Shown here piece after piece: positions 1-14,760 of a stretch of 64,000 nucleotides of DNA. Numbering within the stretch: the stretch's first letter is position 1; every line of letters starts with the position of its first letter. Source of the DNA: the human T2T-CHM13v2.0 reference genome, Homo sapiens. The stretch lies in assembly GCF_009914755.1 (NCBI RefSeq), contig NC_060925.1, one strand, 5' to 3'. The notes under the pieces were generated by a model. That model was not told the origin of the DNA. It searched no databases and was given only the letters and a program-made list of their open reading frames with translations. The position numbers and the translations under genes are program-made.

Positions 1-88
1 ACATGGAAAAACTCCATTTAAAACCCCTTCTCAAGATTCAGCTGGTTGTCAGAATGACACATCTGCTCAGCTATCCACTCATGCCCAC

Positions 89-179
89 CTGCTTATCCAG
101 CTTCCCATACTCATGCACCAAGGCATCAGGGTAGATAAAGAGGTAAGTCATGATTTTCTTCTTGTCAAAAGGCACTGGT
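89..179 (-). pseudogene. Pseudo-exon 21 (91 bp, phase 2 to 0)
   Basis: attattgcag| PVPFDKKKIMTYLFIYPDALVHEYGKLDKQ |gtgggc; open frame. Confidence 0.62.
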
Positions 180-504
180 CTGCAATAATTTCTACTTTAG
201 AATCATCATAGAATAGTCTTTATGACAATTTATTAAGTGCAGAGGGATGAGAAGAGTAAAAAAGCGCTGATCATACACTGAGTAGGGTTGCTCCTAGGGG
301 CTAAAGAATGTGCTAGGATTTTACTTCTCAATGAAATTGGAGGAAACCAGAATTAAAAGGTAACTAATAATGTATTTCTTAAATAAGGTAACCATGGATA
401 AAGTTTGAGATTTAGTTATGGGAACCACTAAACACCCAAAAGTAGATTACCAATTATCAGACTTTTCTTAATTTTAATAGGTAGAAGCACAAGGCATTAG
501 GCAC

Positions 505-526
505 TTCAATTTCTGGGCATATTACC
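505..526 (-). pseudogene. Pseudo-exon 20 (22 bp)
   Basis: tttttctctctgcaattcctag| G*YAQKL |gtgcct (weak donor); 93-bp intron to exon 19. Confidence 0.48.
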
Positions 527-619
527 CTAGGAATTGCAGAGAGAAAAATGCAGAAAATTATAGAGGAGAATTGTCTAATACAAATGTCACACTGGCTTTT
601 AAAAAATTGATTTACTTAC

Positions 620-652
620 CTTCAGTTGGGTCCTGAAATACAGCTGTAGGCG
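620..652 (-). pseudogene. Pseudo-exon 19 (33 bp)
   Basis: aatctttcag| ... AAG|gtaagt; reads PTAVFQDPTE or RLQLYFRTQLK. Confidence 0.65.
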
Positions 653-2200
653 CTGAAAGATTTTTGTGAGAAGGGTAAAATCTTAGGCAGCTCTACTTAG
701 CATGATTGATTGTTTTTTTTCTCAATTGCATGATTCTCAATTAGAGTTCTTTATCCAGGGTATTTGTTAATTGAGATATCACTGTACAAGGCAGCATGGC
801 ATGCAGTGTATTTATTTTAAAAATGGCATTGTTCTTTGGCTTGAAATTCTACTACATAATACCAGAATGTTTAGGTTTTGTAAGTTTACAAATCGAATGT
901 TTTATTATGTCCCAATTCTAAGCATGTTATAGAAATCATTATCTTTTGCCTGCATAGTCTAATCACATTGCTAAGAAATATAGATGTGATTAGAAACACT
1001 TTGATATTCAATGTAACACAATGACTTTGAAAAGTGATATTTATGGCTGATAATATGTATGCTTCATTATTCTCTATCTGAGCTATCATTGTCTTAAAGA
1101 ATGGAGATAGCTATCCTTATAGTAATAAGGATAGAATATTCAATAAAAATTAACAATAAAACAAGAAAATAACACTTCCCAAATTCCACCATTACAACAG
1201 TGGATGACTTATAAAAAATAAGAATATCAAGAGAAGGTAATAGAAAACTGTTAGCAATTAAAATTTAATTATAAAAAGGCTAGTAGTACTAGGGTAGGGG
1301 TAGAAATACTGAAAAGCCATCATCTGGCACATATGATTAATCATGCAGCATTTTACCAAGCACTCATCACTTAATCAAAAACAGAACAGTTACTTTTACA
1401 CAACTATTAATATTAGAATAGCTCCAAATTCATATTAAGAGGGATTCACAACTGCTAGGTAGAATAGTACTCCTGTTCTGCATTATGCTATTTTTATTTG
1501 GAAAGTGTTTTCTCTTAATTACATTGGCTATCCACCTATATCTTCCTATTTAGGAAGATTATTTTTCTTTTAAGACAAGAGTTTCTATGAAATTTTCTGG
1601 ACCTAATGCACTGAAATCAAATTTGACTATTTCCAGTATAGACTACTCCTCCTCACAGAATCTTAGTCAACTTCAGTTCTTCTACCCACTTCCTCGACTC
1701 TCTTTTTAAAATTCTATTTATAAAATATGGCCATGGAAGAAACAACACCATGTTTCAAAACATATTGCTGATCTTATAGGACACCACCCCAACCTCACAA
1801 GGTGTTGCCTCCGACATGACACTGTAGTCAATTAATGGGCCATTTCTACATCTGATAAGGCCAGCTGCAACATGGTAATTGAGAAACAATGAATCCTATA
1901 GTTTTAAGCCATTGCTATGCTTCTTTTTCTGTAAAATTAGTTATTTTGTCAGGAGCAATGTTTTTTAGCGTATTATACTGTAAATCAGACATTTTATGAG
2001 TCCACATATGGAAGCATTGCAAGTATGGAAGCCATATTCGTATCAAGAAAAAGTGTCTGACCAGTTAGGATTAACCACTACTCACTTCATGAGAGAGAGG
2101 CTCTGATGTAATTATTCTGCTACCAGTGCCTTGGTGGTGGAGCACATACATAGTCTTCAACCTCTGATGCCACATCCACCTGGCCATTGAGCAAGTACCA

Positions 2201-2671
2201 TGTGTTAGGTTTCCTAGGGCTGCCATAACAAATTATCCCAAACTGAGTAGCTTAAATCAACATAGTTTTCCTTTTATAGTTATGGAGGCCAGAAGTCTGA
2301 AATCATGGTGTTGGTATGGTTGGTTCCTACTGGAGGGCCTTAAGGAAAAGTCTGTTCCACCCCTCATCCCTGGATTTTGGAGACTGCCAGAAACCCTTGG
2401 CACTCCTTGGCATAACTTCAATCTTTGCCTCCATCTTAAATGACCTTCTTCCCCGTGTGAATTCGTATCACAAATCTCCCTCTTCTTTCTCTTTAAAGTA
2501 TACAAATTATTGAAATTAGAGACCACCACTAAATGTAGGATGATATTATCTAGACCTTCTTAAATTAATTGCATCTACAAAGACTCTATTTCCAATTAAA
2601 GTTATATTTACATGTACCAGGTCCTAGGATTCAGTAATAACTTTTTGTAAGACATAATTCCATTCTATACA
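2201..2671 (-). mobile_element. MLT1-type MaLR solo LTR
   Basis: Begins tgtgttaggtttcctagggctgccataacaaa, the reverse complement of the MLT1 3' end; typical internal motifs. Confidence 0.8.
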
Positions 2672-3206
2672 GCAGTTGAAGAAAAGTGATTGACTGAACC
2701 TGACTGACTACAACCAAAAGGTTTTTCTTTTCTCCCTGAATATTGAGATATTTTTCTGCTCTGAACACCCTTTGTTATTCACATGAGGCACAAATATCAT
2801 CATAATCTGTGCCTGTCTTAACATGACCACCCATATACCTCATCTGTACATCTTTTTAATAACAATTCACCAACCTTTTTCTCTCCAAGTTCTGACCATT
2901 TGGCCAAACCATTAGCCATGCTCCATGAATCAATGTAAATACATTCAGTGTAGATCCATTCATTGTAGATTCATCATCTCTCAATTAAAGTGTCAGTAAG
3001 ATGTACTGCTTTAATTTCTGATGTACTTTCTTTAATCCCTTTGAGAGAATTCCTTACTCTTTATCTTTCAGGAATTTCCTTAAGTAGAACTTTAATGTTG
3101 CAATAGTTCTCTTCTGGCTAGTGCCAGCATATTGTGGAGAATGATTAGTAAGCCCAGACCAATATTTTTCTCTTTCACTCAACTAGATGTAAGAAACTTT
3201 CTGTGA

Positions 3207-3430
3207 TAGGGGTTGGTACACTATGGTCCATGGGCCAAATCTAGCCCTCTGCCTGTTTTTATAAATAAAGTTTTAGGAAACCACAGTCATATTCATTTGT
3301 TTACATATTGTCTATGACTGCTTACACACTATAATGGCAAAATTGAATAGGTATGATCAAGACCATAAGTCCACAAGCCTAAAATATTTATTTATCTAGC
3401 CCTTTACAGAAAAAGTTTGCAAACTTGTTC
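3207..3430. mobile_element. MER58A-like hAT DNA transposon relic
   Basis: ggggttggtacactatggtccatgggccaaat ... ccctttacagaaaaagtttgc. Confidence 0.8.
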
Positions 3431-5920
3431 TATGAAGTCTTAGAAGTCGGTTGAAAGAAAGTAAACGATATAGTTTTCATAGTAGTCCAAGATCACATTC
3501 CATTATGCCTTCAAAACCTATTCATGGCCAATTTTGTATATCTACTTCCACTTAGTGATGATATACTGGTATACTCACTGAGCTGATGGGTCAGATAAGT
3601 CCCATCTTGATCATTTGGACCAAGTGGAGAGAAGCTTGCATTGCATAACAGATCTGTTGCAAATTTTATCTTGCTTAGGCACCTCTTAAAACTATTAAGC
3701 TTACGGGTTATTTAGTAATTGGATAAGAGAAGCTCCCATCAATAGAGTATATGTTGTTTGTAAAACATTATGCCTTTTTGTTAGTGGTAGATTGTACCAC
3801 TAAGAATGAAATTCTTTTTCCAATTTGTTCATGTCTCAGATTACTATATTAAAACAAACTTTACTAAATTCCCAGAATTTTCACAAATATGTCTTCCACA
3901 CTGGGAATTTTGTGTTTTGCCAAGTCATTTAAGACATTTCTTGCAATGAAGTCTAAATTAGGAGAATGTTGTCAATGCAGGGGACCAGTGGGTGTTTTTG
4001 TAAAGGCAAAATGGTCAACATGCGCATGATATAGATCATGACAAAGAGTCAAAGAGCTGACATATGTCTGAGACAACACTCTGAGGCATACAGTTGTCAC
4101 TGTCAGATGATATCAAACTCTTTCTTCTAGTCATCACTAAACAGTGTTAGAAGAGCATTTTTCAGCCCAATAACTGTACCACATGCCAGTGGCTGTGTTG
4201 ATTTGCTCCAATTAAGAGCTCAATCTGGAACAGAAGCTGCAATTGGAGTAAACACCTGGTTAGGTTTAGGATAATGCAGTCATTCTCCAGGACCCATAGA
4301 ACTTTTTAATAAGTCAAAAAGTAAATTAACTGAAGATGTTACAGGAATCACTACCTTGCATCTTTCAAATCTCTGATAGTGGCACTACTTCCTGAAATGA
4401 CCCCAGAGATGCAGTATTACATTTGATTTTCTATTTTGGTAGGTATTGACATTTCAGTAGCTTCTACTTGGTCTTTCATAATAATAAACCTCACTGAACA
4501 GGTCAGGAAGCCAATGTGGGGATTTTACAGGTTGCCAAAAATGTCTATTTCAACCGTACTTTCAGGAACTGATTGTCTGCATAATCACTGGGGCTATCTT
4601 TGAGAAGGTCTTAGGCCCAAATTCAGTTTAACACCTGACCTCTATAAGCCCCTGTTTGGACTATTGAACCACTGTGTTATTTTAGGTCTCTGGGGATTAA
4701 TGTCACATCAGAGCCCTTGTTTAGTAATCCTCAAAAGGTCTAGGTGTTTCCCTCTATTTCTTCAATTTCTTTAGCAAAGATGAAGATTTACAGTATTACT
4801 TGTGACAGTATTTCAAAGCAATTTGATTTTCCCTTCAATAAAGTGGCTCTGGATCTGTGTTATTTTAGGTATTGAGACTAGATAAAAACCACTGTGACAA
4901 CTCAAGTCAGAGTTCTGAGCACCAGAGCTAAAGTTTTATTTTGATGTTATTTAGATCAAGTAATATTTCAGTAGGCTCTTGAGACCTTTCCTTCCTAGGA
5001 ACACCATGCTTTCTTAGCCACTACCAAAACTCCTTGCAGGTGAAACATTGTAATTGCTCTCTGGTTTTGCTGCCATTTTGTTAACTATACCCCAGTTTGT
5101 ATATGTGTTTTAAGTACTATCAACAGGCCTCTTCTATTCTAGGATCCTATTATCCAAATATGGATACATTCTAAGGTTCTGGGGTTGGGGCTTCAATATA
5201 TAAATTTGGGCAGGAAGGACAGAATTCAGACAATAAGTGTCAGGTAAGTGTAGCCATATCAATAAATTCATCTCAGTGTAAGGTGATTTCATCCTCCTTG
5301 TTCTGGTACAATCCTATGTAAGTTTCTTAGTCTTTGCTGATACAAATTGTCAAAATCTTGCAAAATTTTTAGTGGCTAGATTATCTCCTCAATGCTGAGA
5401 CTTTATATTTGTTGTGCTGGGACTATCTGAGGTATCTGATGCTAATTAAATGGAAATGAAGGCTAGTGGGATGACAATTGAGGAAAATGGGCATCGTTAG
5501 ATAAGGTCATTGATGCTCTTCAAGCAAGAGATGACTAATTTCCTCAAATAGAGAAGAAAGGGTTGCTCTTACAGTCAAGGGAGGCTCTGATTCTATGGGA
5601 GTTCAAAGTTCTCTAATCCATCAAATCCACCTGAATATAATTCTCATTCTCACGGTCTCACTCCTTTACAGTCATTGATTTAATATCAGAGACATCGAAA
5701 AGCTGAATTCAACTTATGTTGTAATTCTATAACCTACATAAAAGTCTTTGTATCCCCAGTGTAGTAGCTATTCAGCATCTCAAGAAGTCTTTCATCATTG
5801 ACCCTGCTGAAGACAGTGGAATAAAAAAACACCAAAAGTCTGGCTACTCAAAGTCTAGATATCTTGGTCCTAGAGAGAGTATCACATTACACAGAAACCA
5901 CTCAAGGTTTTTAAAGGAGG

Positions 5921-5927
<7 letters not shown>

Positions 5928-5955
<28 letters not shown>

Positions 5956-6013
5956 GAGATGGAGTCTTGCTCTGTCACCCAGACTGGAGTGCAGTGGCGC
6001 AATCTCGGCTCAC
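5928..6013 (-). mobile_element. Extremely 5'-truncated Alu (58 bp + poly-A)
   Basis: Poly-T then Alu 3' end; perfect 16-bp TSD TAAAGGAGGCAGAAAT at 5912-5927 and 6014-6029. Confidence 0.93.
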
Positions 6014-6773
6014 TAAAGGAGGCAGAAATGTAATCCAGGCTTCATTTTTAGGTTATTTTTCTGTTTCTGAAATAAGAGAGAGAATTCCAGAATTTTAGAT
6101 TTAAAAAAAATGTTAGGAGGGCTAAAGGAACAAGAGTTTGTGCAAATCCTTGGATTTAAGAAACATGAGAAGTTATAATCATCACTCCATAGGAGTCCAA
6201 AGGTTCCCTCAGAGCTGATATTCCTCAAACTGCCAACTCTATTCTTTCGCAGGAGCTGAGTGGCTCTCACTCAGCATTGTCACTTCTGGAGCCATTATCT
6301 GCAACTGGCCTTGCTGGAGCTATTGTTGCTGCTACCTCCTAAGGCAGACTGGCTTCTACCTTCCCTCTGCCTGGTAATCTCAATTGAGTGATTCTCACAG
6401 TCTCTAGAAATATTCCTCCACAGCATTTATTTTTGTTGATTTGTTTTCCCAACAGGGTTTTTCTAACCTAGAGATACATTTAAGGAGGTAAAAGTCAAGA
6501 GAAGTTTCTAATACATCTGAACACAGACATCTGAGGTCTGTGGCCTCATGGCTCCTCCCTTTACTGGGATTCTGCCAGCTTCAACAACCAATGAAGCCCC
6601 TTCCTCACTGCTACTCTCGATTTACGTGACCATCCCTCTTCTGTCCATAATTTTGTTGGTAGATAGGTCAATGTTACTGATTAAACCACAGTCAAATCAC
6701 TGATCCTAACAACCTAGTAGACCTTCTATATTCAAATATGAGTTATCTAGCTTTTTTATCTAACAAATAGTGA

Positions 6774-9850
<3,077 letters not shown>

Positions 9851-9896
9851 AAATACTAATGCCTTAATCTTAATATGAACTTTATGAAAAAAATGT

Positions 9897-10099
9897 AGTC
9901 ATGCTACACATAATAACATTTTAATCAATGATGGGCTGCATATATCATAGTGGTCCCATAAGGTTGTAATGGAGCTATATGATAGAATAAACTATACCAC
10001 CTAGGTTTGTGTATGTATACTCTATGATGTTCACATGACAAAATCACCTAATGATGCATTTCTCAAAATATATTTATGTCATGAAATGAGCATGCATGT
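9897..10099. mobile_element. Tigger3 (GOLEM/MER7)-type non-autonomous DNA transposon
   Basis: tagtcatgc...atagtggtcccataaggttgtaat; both decayed termini visible. Confidence 0.7.
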
Positions 10100-10255
10100 A
10101 GTATTATTACCTCCATCTTACAGCTGAGAATTGAGGTAAATAAAGGTTGAATGACTTGTTTAAGGGCATATAATTAATAAATGGTATAGCTGGGAATATC
10201 AGCCCGAGCAGTCTGACTCCAGACGCCATGCTCTTAACCAAGATGCTATGCTGCT
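10100..10255 (-). mobile_element. MIR
   Basis: Core ccatcttacagctgagaa...gtctgactccaga...gctcttaacc. Confidence 0.75.
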
Positions 10256-10599
10256 TATGAAGTTAAAATTTTATAATTTTATAATCCATTTTATGTATCA
10301 TAATTTAGTTTCATAGTATGAATTTTCTCTTGATGTTGTCTCTATCTCGCCTTTGCTAAACCTCCCCAATGCACATGTGAGTACACATCACATCTGTGTA
10401 CGTACGTGCATGCACACACACACATATACATGCATACATACTTCGGGCTTCAGAAATATTGAACCACTGGTTGTTCTCACGGCACAATCTGTTGCTTCCT
10501 ACTTAAATTATTTTGCATTTTCCTCCTTCTCCCTAGTATGCCCTCCCTTACCTTATTAGCCTAAAGAGCACTTCTTTATGTGTGAAATTCTCCTCCCCC

Positions 10600-10810
10600 A
10601 CCATGCACATACTCCAAATAGAGTTTGTAGCTTTTTTTAATCAGTGAAGTTTGTACACACTTCTACTACTGCAGTTGTTATTTATATGTCTGCCTCTGTT
10701 ATTACACTACATGCTCAGTGAAAAAAAAACTCAGGTCTCATTTATCTTTATAGCCCCAGCACCTAGCATAGTTCCTCGTACATAGTATATATTCTGTAAA
10801 TATTTTGTCA
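10600..10810 (+). mobile_element. L2 3' end fragment
   Basis: ccccagcacctagcatagttcctcgtacatagta. Confidence 0.6.
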
Positions 10811-11629
10811 TGTTTAACTGAAAGCCATTTTTCCATTCATTTGCTTAAAACAATCTTCAAAAACTCTCTATTGACTATATTTTTAAAAACCTAAAATCCC
10901 TTAGCACATTGGTAAACCCTCCTTTGTTTGCCCACAATTTACTTTTCCAACTTCAACCCTCACATAAATACAGGTAAAAACACACACCACTTTGGGCTCC
11001 AGCAAAACAAAACTGGGATCCCGTGAAGGTTTCAGACCACAATTTTTAGAGGGAGCAAAATTCACCATTTTACAAACACATCTTGTGGTTTCTTGCTTTG
11101 TGCTTTTTCTCACATTGTCTTCTCCATCTAGAATGCATTCTCCAGTTTCCACTGTCCTCTGAATTCTGCTGAGCTTTCAGCGCTCCACTTAAATATCATT
11201 CCACATTAGATTGTCTTTTATTCTCTAAATCAGATAAAATTTACCGTTCTATCTTCTGTTCGACCACTCACTATACTTAGCTCTCCCTCTAACTTATAAA
11301 CAGCCATGCTTTATTTCATGCAATGCAGCGTTAGCTCCGTGGAGGCAGGCACCGGGCACGTATTTAACTTTGCATTTTCCTTACCATCTCCTCAAAGCAC
11401 TTTGCATTGAATCTTGCCCCCATACAATTTCCCAGTATTTGCTATTACACTGACATAGTAGATACTCCTGCCCACATTGTTACTCATTACTAAGTATAAA
11501 CACATGTATTTTATGATCCAGTAATAATTAAGGTATGCTAATAGCAGAATAAATATGGCTCACCAGTGACATTTCATTAATAAGCATGTAGATTCATAAA
11601 ACTTGAAAAAATAAAGTCAGAAAGTAATA

Positions 11630-12065
11630 CAAGTGGCTACCATTTACTAAGTGCTTACGGTATGTCAGCACTATGTTACCCATTGATCTAATAGTGTAAG
11701 TTTTAGCATCTGTATTTTTGAGATAAGAAAACCAAGGCTCAGAAAGTTTAAGAAACACGCCTAAGATCACACATGTAGTAAGCTGAAGAGCTTTGAGTTA
11801 AATCCTGGTCAGTCTCCTGCACTTGTGCTCATAACACAACCCTAACTATATTTCCCACTTTTCATACACAAATACATTACCCCGAGCATTTTACATATAC
11901 TATCGTATTTGATCCTTACAATAACCTACAATAATCTCGTAAGGTAGGTATTATATTCTTCATCTTACAAATGAGAAAACTGAGATTCTGGAAAATTAGT
12001 TTATTTCCTAGAATTCAAACAGCCAATACATGATAGAGTTGGAATTTGAACCAGGACCCACTGAT
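11630..12065 (-). mobile_element. Two adjacent MIR relics
   Basis: Cores agataagaaaaccaaggctcagaaag and catcttacaaatgagaaaactgag. Confidence 0.7.
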
Positions 12066-12184
12066 GTCAATCTTAATCCTAAATTCTAAACTGTCTTCTG
12101 CATGGATTTTTCTGCTGTAGCACTTTTTTTCGTTTTTGGCTGTGGACTATTTGGAGTGTGGAGAGGAAGCCATAACAGACTCAC

Positions 12185-12232
12185 CAGGTTTTAAGATGTT
12201 TTCTTCTGGTAGATAAAGGACTTTGAATGCCC
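12185..12232 (-). pseudogene. Pseudo-exon 18 (48 bp; may extend 5' to ~12290)
   Basis: GAFKVLYLPEENILKP then CTG|gtgagt (strong donor); acceptor weak; ORF track 12147-12365 is open upstream. Confidence 0.55.
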
Positions 12233-13947
12233 CTAATTTACAAGCCATTATCCATTTTATACTGCTAAACAATTTCTTGTTTTCCCTGGCCTTGGAGTAG
12301 AAGAAAGACCCTAAATCTACATCTAATTGATTCGTTGGGCACCTAGTTCTTATTCCATGAAACATTTTTGGAAGGATTATTGATTCAAGTGTGAGCTGAT
12401 TTTTAATTAGTTTATCTCTTTCTTATAATAAAATTTATATTTAAATTGATCAGCAGGCAGGTAAATAACTCATGGCAGGTACACATGCACTTAAATTCTC
12501 AATCAATGTCTGACATTTTGGCTTTGATAGAAACCCTATATTCAGTGATTTGTTGAGACACACTAAGGTTTCTAAAGGGGAGAAGCCCATACTCTCAGGC
12601 AACAGCCGGTAAGGTAAACACAGGGGGCTGGTGCTAATCCCCAGGAAGGGAAGGAGAACTGAATCCCCAGCCTGGCCTGGCCCTGATGCAAGCAGCCAGG
12701 CCTCACCACACTGCAACTACCCATTAGAGCAGATACCCCAGAGAAAAGGCAGCTGCATATTGGCATCCTAGCTAATTTCCTTACCAAAGCAGTAGGCTTA
12801 TGAAAAAAATAATAGGAACAGTGACGCCTTTCACAGTTAATAGTTATAAAGGCTTTTCCTTGTAGCTGTGCTTCTCAAGTTCCATGGGCATATATCTTGG
12901 AGATATGTATGTACTCCAGAGGTTGGCACAGCTTCTTAGACTATCAATTCTATTCTGTTTTAAGTAATGTAAAACATTATTTCATATTAAGTCATACATA
13001 GGTATATTACGAAGTAGACTGAAAAATAAGCATAAAATTTCAAGATAAAACTACAACTTCAAAGAAACATCTCTAAGTTTTACCTGTAAGTTGTTTCAGT
13101 TAACTTGAATTATTCATTCAGAACCTTAAGGGGGTGGCTTTCACTCTCTTTTCCCATTGGAGGTACTTATGAAGAAAGTTTGGAATGCATTGATACATAG
13201 TTCATTTAAAGTTTATAAATCAGAAAAATTCTTTTATAATTTTACTAAGTCAGAATGATTTTTATGGTTGTAGGCTAGGCATTCTAAGATTTGCAAGATA
13301 TATCTATAATTCTTGCCTTTCCCACCATCCACTTTAAAACCACTCAAAACTCTGGGTATTTCCTGGAGCATATGGGAAATAAGTGAGTGTTCTAAGAACT
13401 TGAAAGAACCCACCAAACTCTACCTTTGTGCTTTCCGTGAATGTTGCATTAGCACTCATTGACCATTAATTGTCTTTTTTTTTAACCTCTCGGAATAGCT
13501 GTTTGTTGTGACTCAGTAAACTGTTTTGGATGGCATAAGTGATCAGTTGATATTTTAGATAACCAATGGCTCACTTTTTCAAACTTCAGTTCATAAGAAT
13601 CTATAATTAGCAGTAATTCTGCCAACATTCCCTAGTTTCTTTCGTAACTTGATCTCATAATTATATCTTATGTGGTACTTCGTCATTCTAGCCTAAATGT
13701 TTTATCATATTTCTCATTTGCAACTTCTCTTCTAAAACACATCTTCAAAGGACAGCTCTTTCCTTCAGTGGGTGCAATAGCACATAGCATTTGGGAATGG
13801 TATTATGGAATGATTTAACGTATGCCCTCTGATGCCTGTAGACCTGGGTTTTATTCCCAGCTCTACCGCTGACAAGCAAATTGTTTAACTTTTCTAGAAT
13901 CAATTTCTTAGTAGTATAATGAATACAATATCCTCATGAAACACACA

Positions 13948-14035
13948 AGCATGGCACATGTATACATATGTAACTAACCTGCACATTGTGCACATGTACC
14001 CTAAAACTTAAAGTATAATAATAATTAAAAAAATA
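13948..14035 (+). mobile_element. Tiny young L1PA (L1PA2/3-like) 3' stub inside a MIR
   Basis: agcatggcacatgtatacatatgtaactaacctgcacattgtgcacatgtaccctaaaacttaaagtataataataa. Confidence 0.88.
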
Positions 14036-14218
14036 ACATGCTAAAAAAATTAAATAAAACAATCACTTAAAAAGCACTCTGTTCTTAACTTAGAACGTGA
14101 TCAAAAAATGATAGTCATATTTATTATTGTTGATATTATTTTTAATATTCACGTGTAATATTAAAACTTCAAAAACCTTATTTTTACAATGCAATAAAGT
14201 TTTACAAAGTTGTCCCAT

Positions 14219-14655
14219 TGTAGGCAGACCTATGCCAACCTACTTGTAAAAGTCCAAGGAAGCTGAGAGGACAAATAATGTGGCTGACATATACAGTTCC
14301 TCAGAAAGAAACATATAAACATATAATGGGCATTTACAATCAGAAGCCATGTCTGTTTCTTAGGGAGCAGCAAAACAGGATGGTGAGTCTGCATGCTATT
14401 GTGGCCCAGACCCAAGGAAAGAATATATGTGCTTCAGAAGGGGTGTATAGGACAGTTGCTTAAAGGTAGGATTAATTGTAAGTATGATAACATCAAAGTT
14501 GTCTTTACCCAAGGGCAGGATTCACAGTAAGTACATGCTCTTACACAAGGAAGAGTAGATATAGCAGAAATCTTAGAGGGCTTCTCCAAACCAGTGTTAA
14601 TCAGAAGTCAACATGATGGATTAGTATCCAAGATGGAGTTGCTTTAGCCTTCACA
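14219..14655 (-). mobile_element. ERV1-type solo LTR (family not resolved)
   Basis: tg...ca termini; right end is the reverse complement of an aactccatcttgg LTR start. Confidence 0.55.
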
Positions 14656-14760
14656 AAAGTAGCTACTTAGGTCAAGACATCAGCACACTTAAAACCTTGC
14701 TCATGCCTCCATTCAGTCATTAAACGTCTCAAGGAAATGATATTTTTACTTCTATCATCA

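Larger units (their letters stand above)
1750..6300 (-). mobile_element. Highly decayed ERVL-class internal region (gag/pol relic) with nested insertions
   Basis: Reverse strand near 4010-4140 resembles ERVL reverse transcriptase (NAFF..., VLSQ.YV.S..LCHDL-like); boundaries approximate. Confidence 0.6.

Noticed and set aside
1-148. Plus-strand donor AG|gtaagt at 143 as an antisense exon
   Set aside because: Isolated site with no partner exons I could support.
12440-12850. GC-richer island with two overlapping minus-strand ORFs
   Set aside because: No splice-compatible boundaries or recognisable domain; it may be regulatory, but I cannot support that.
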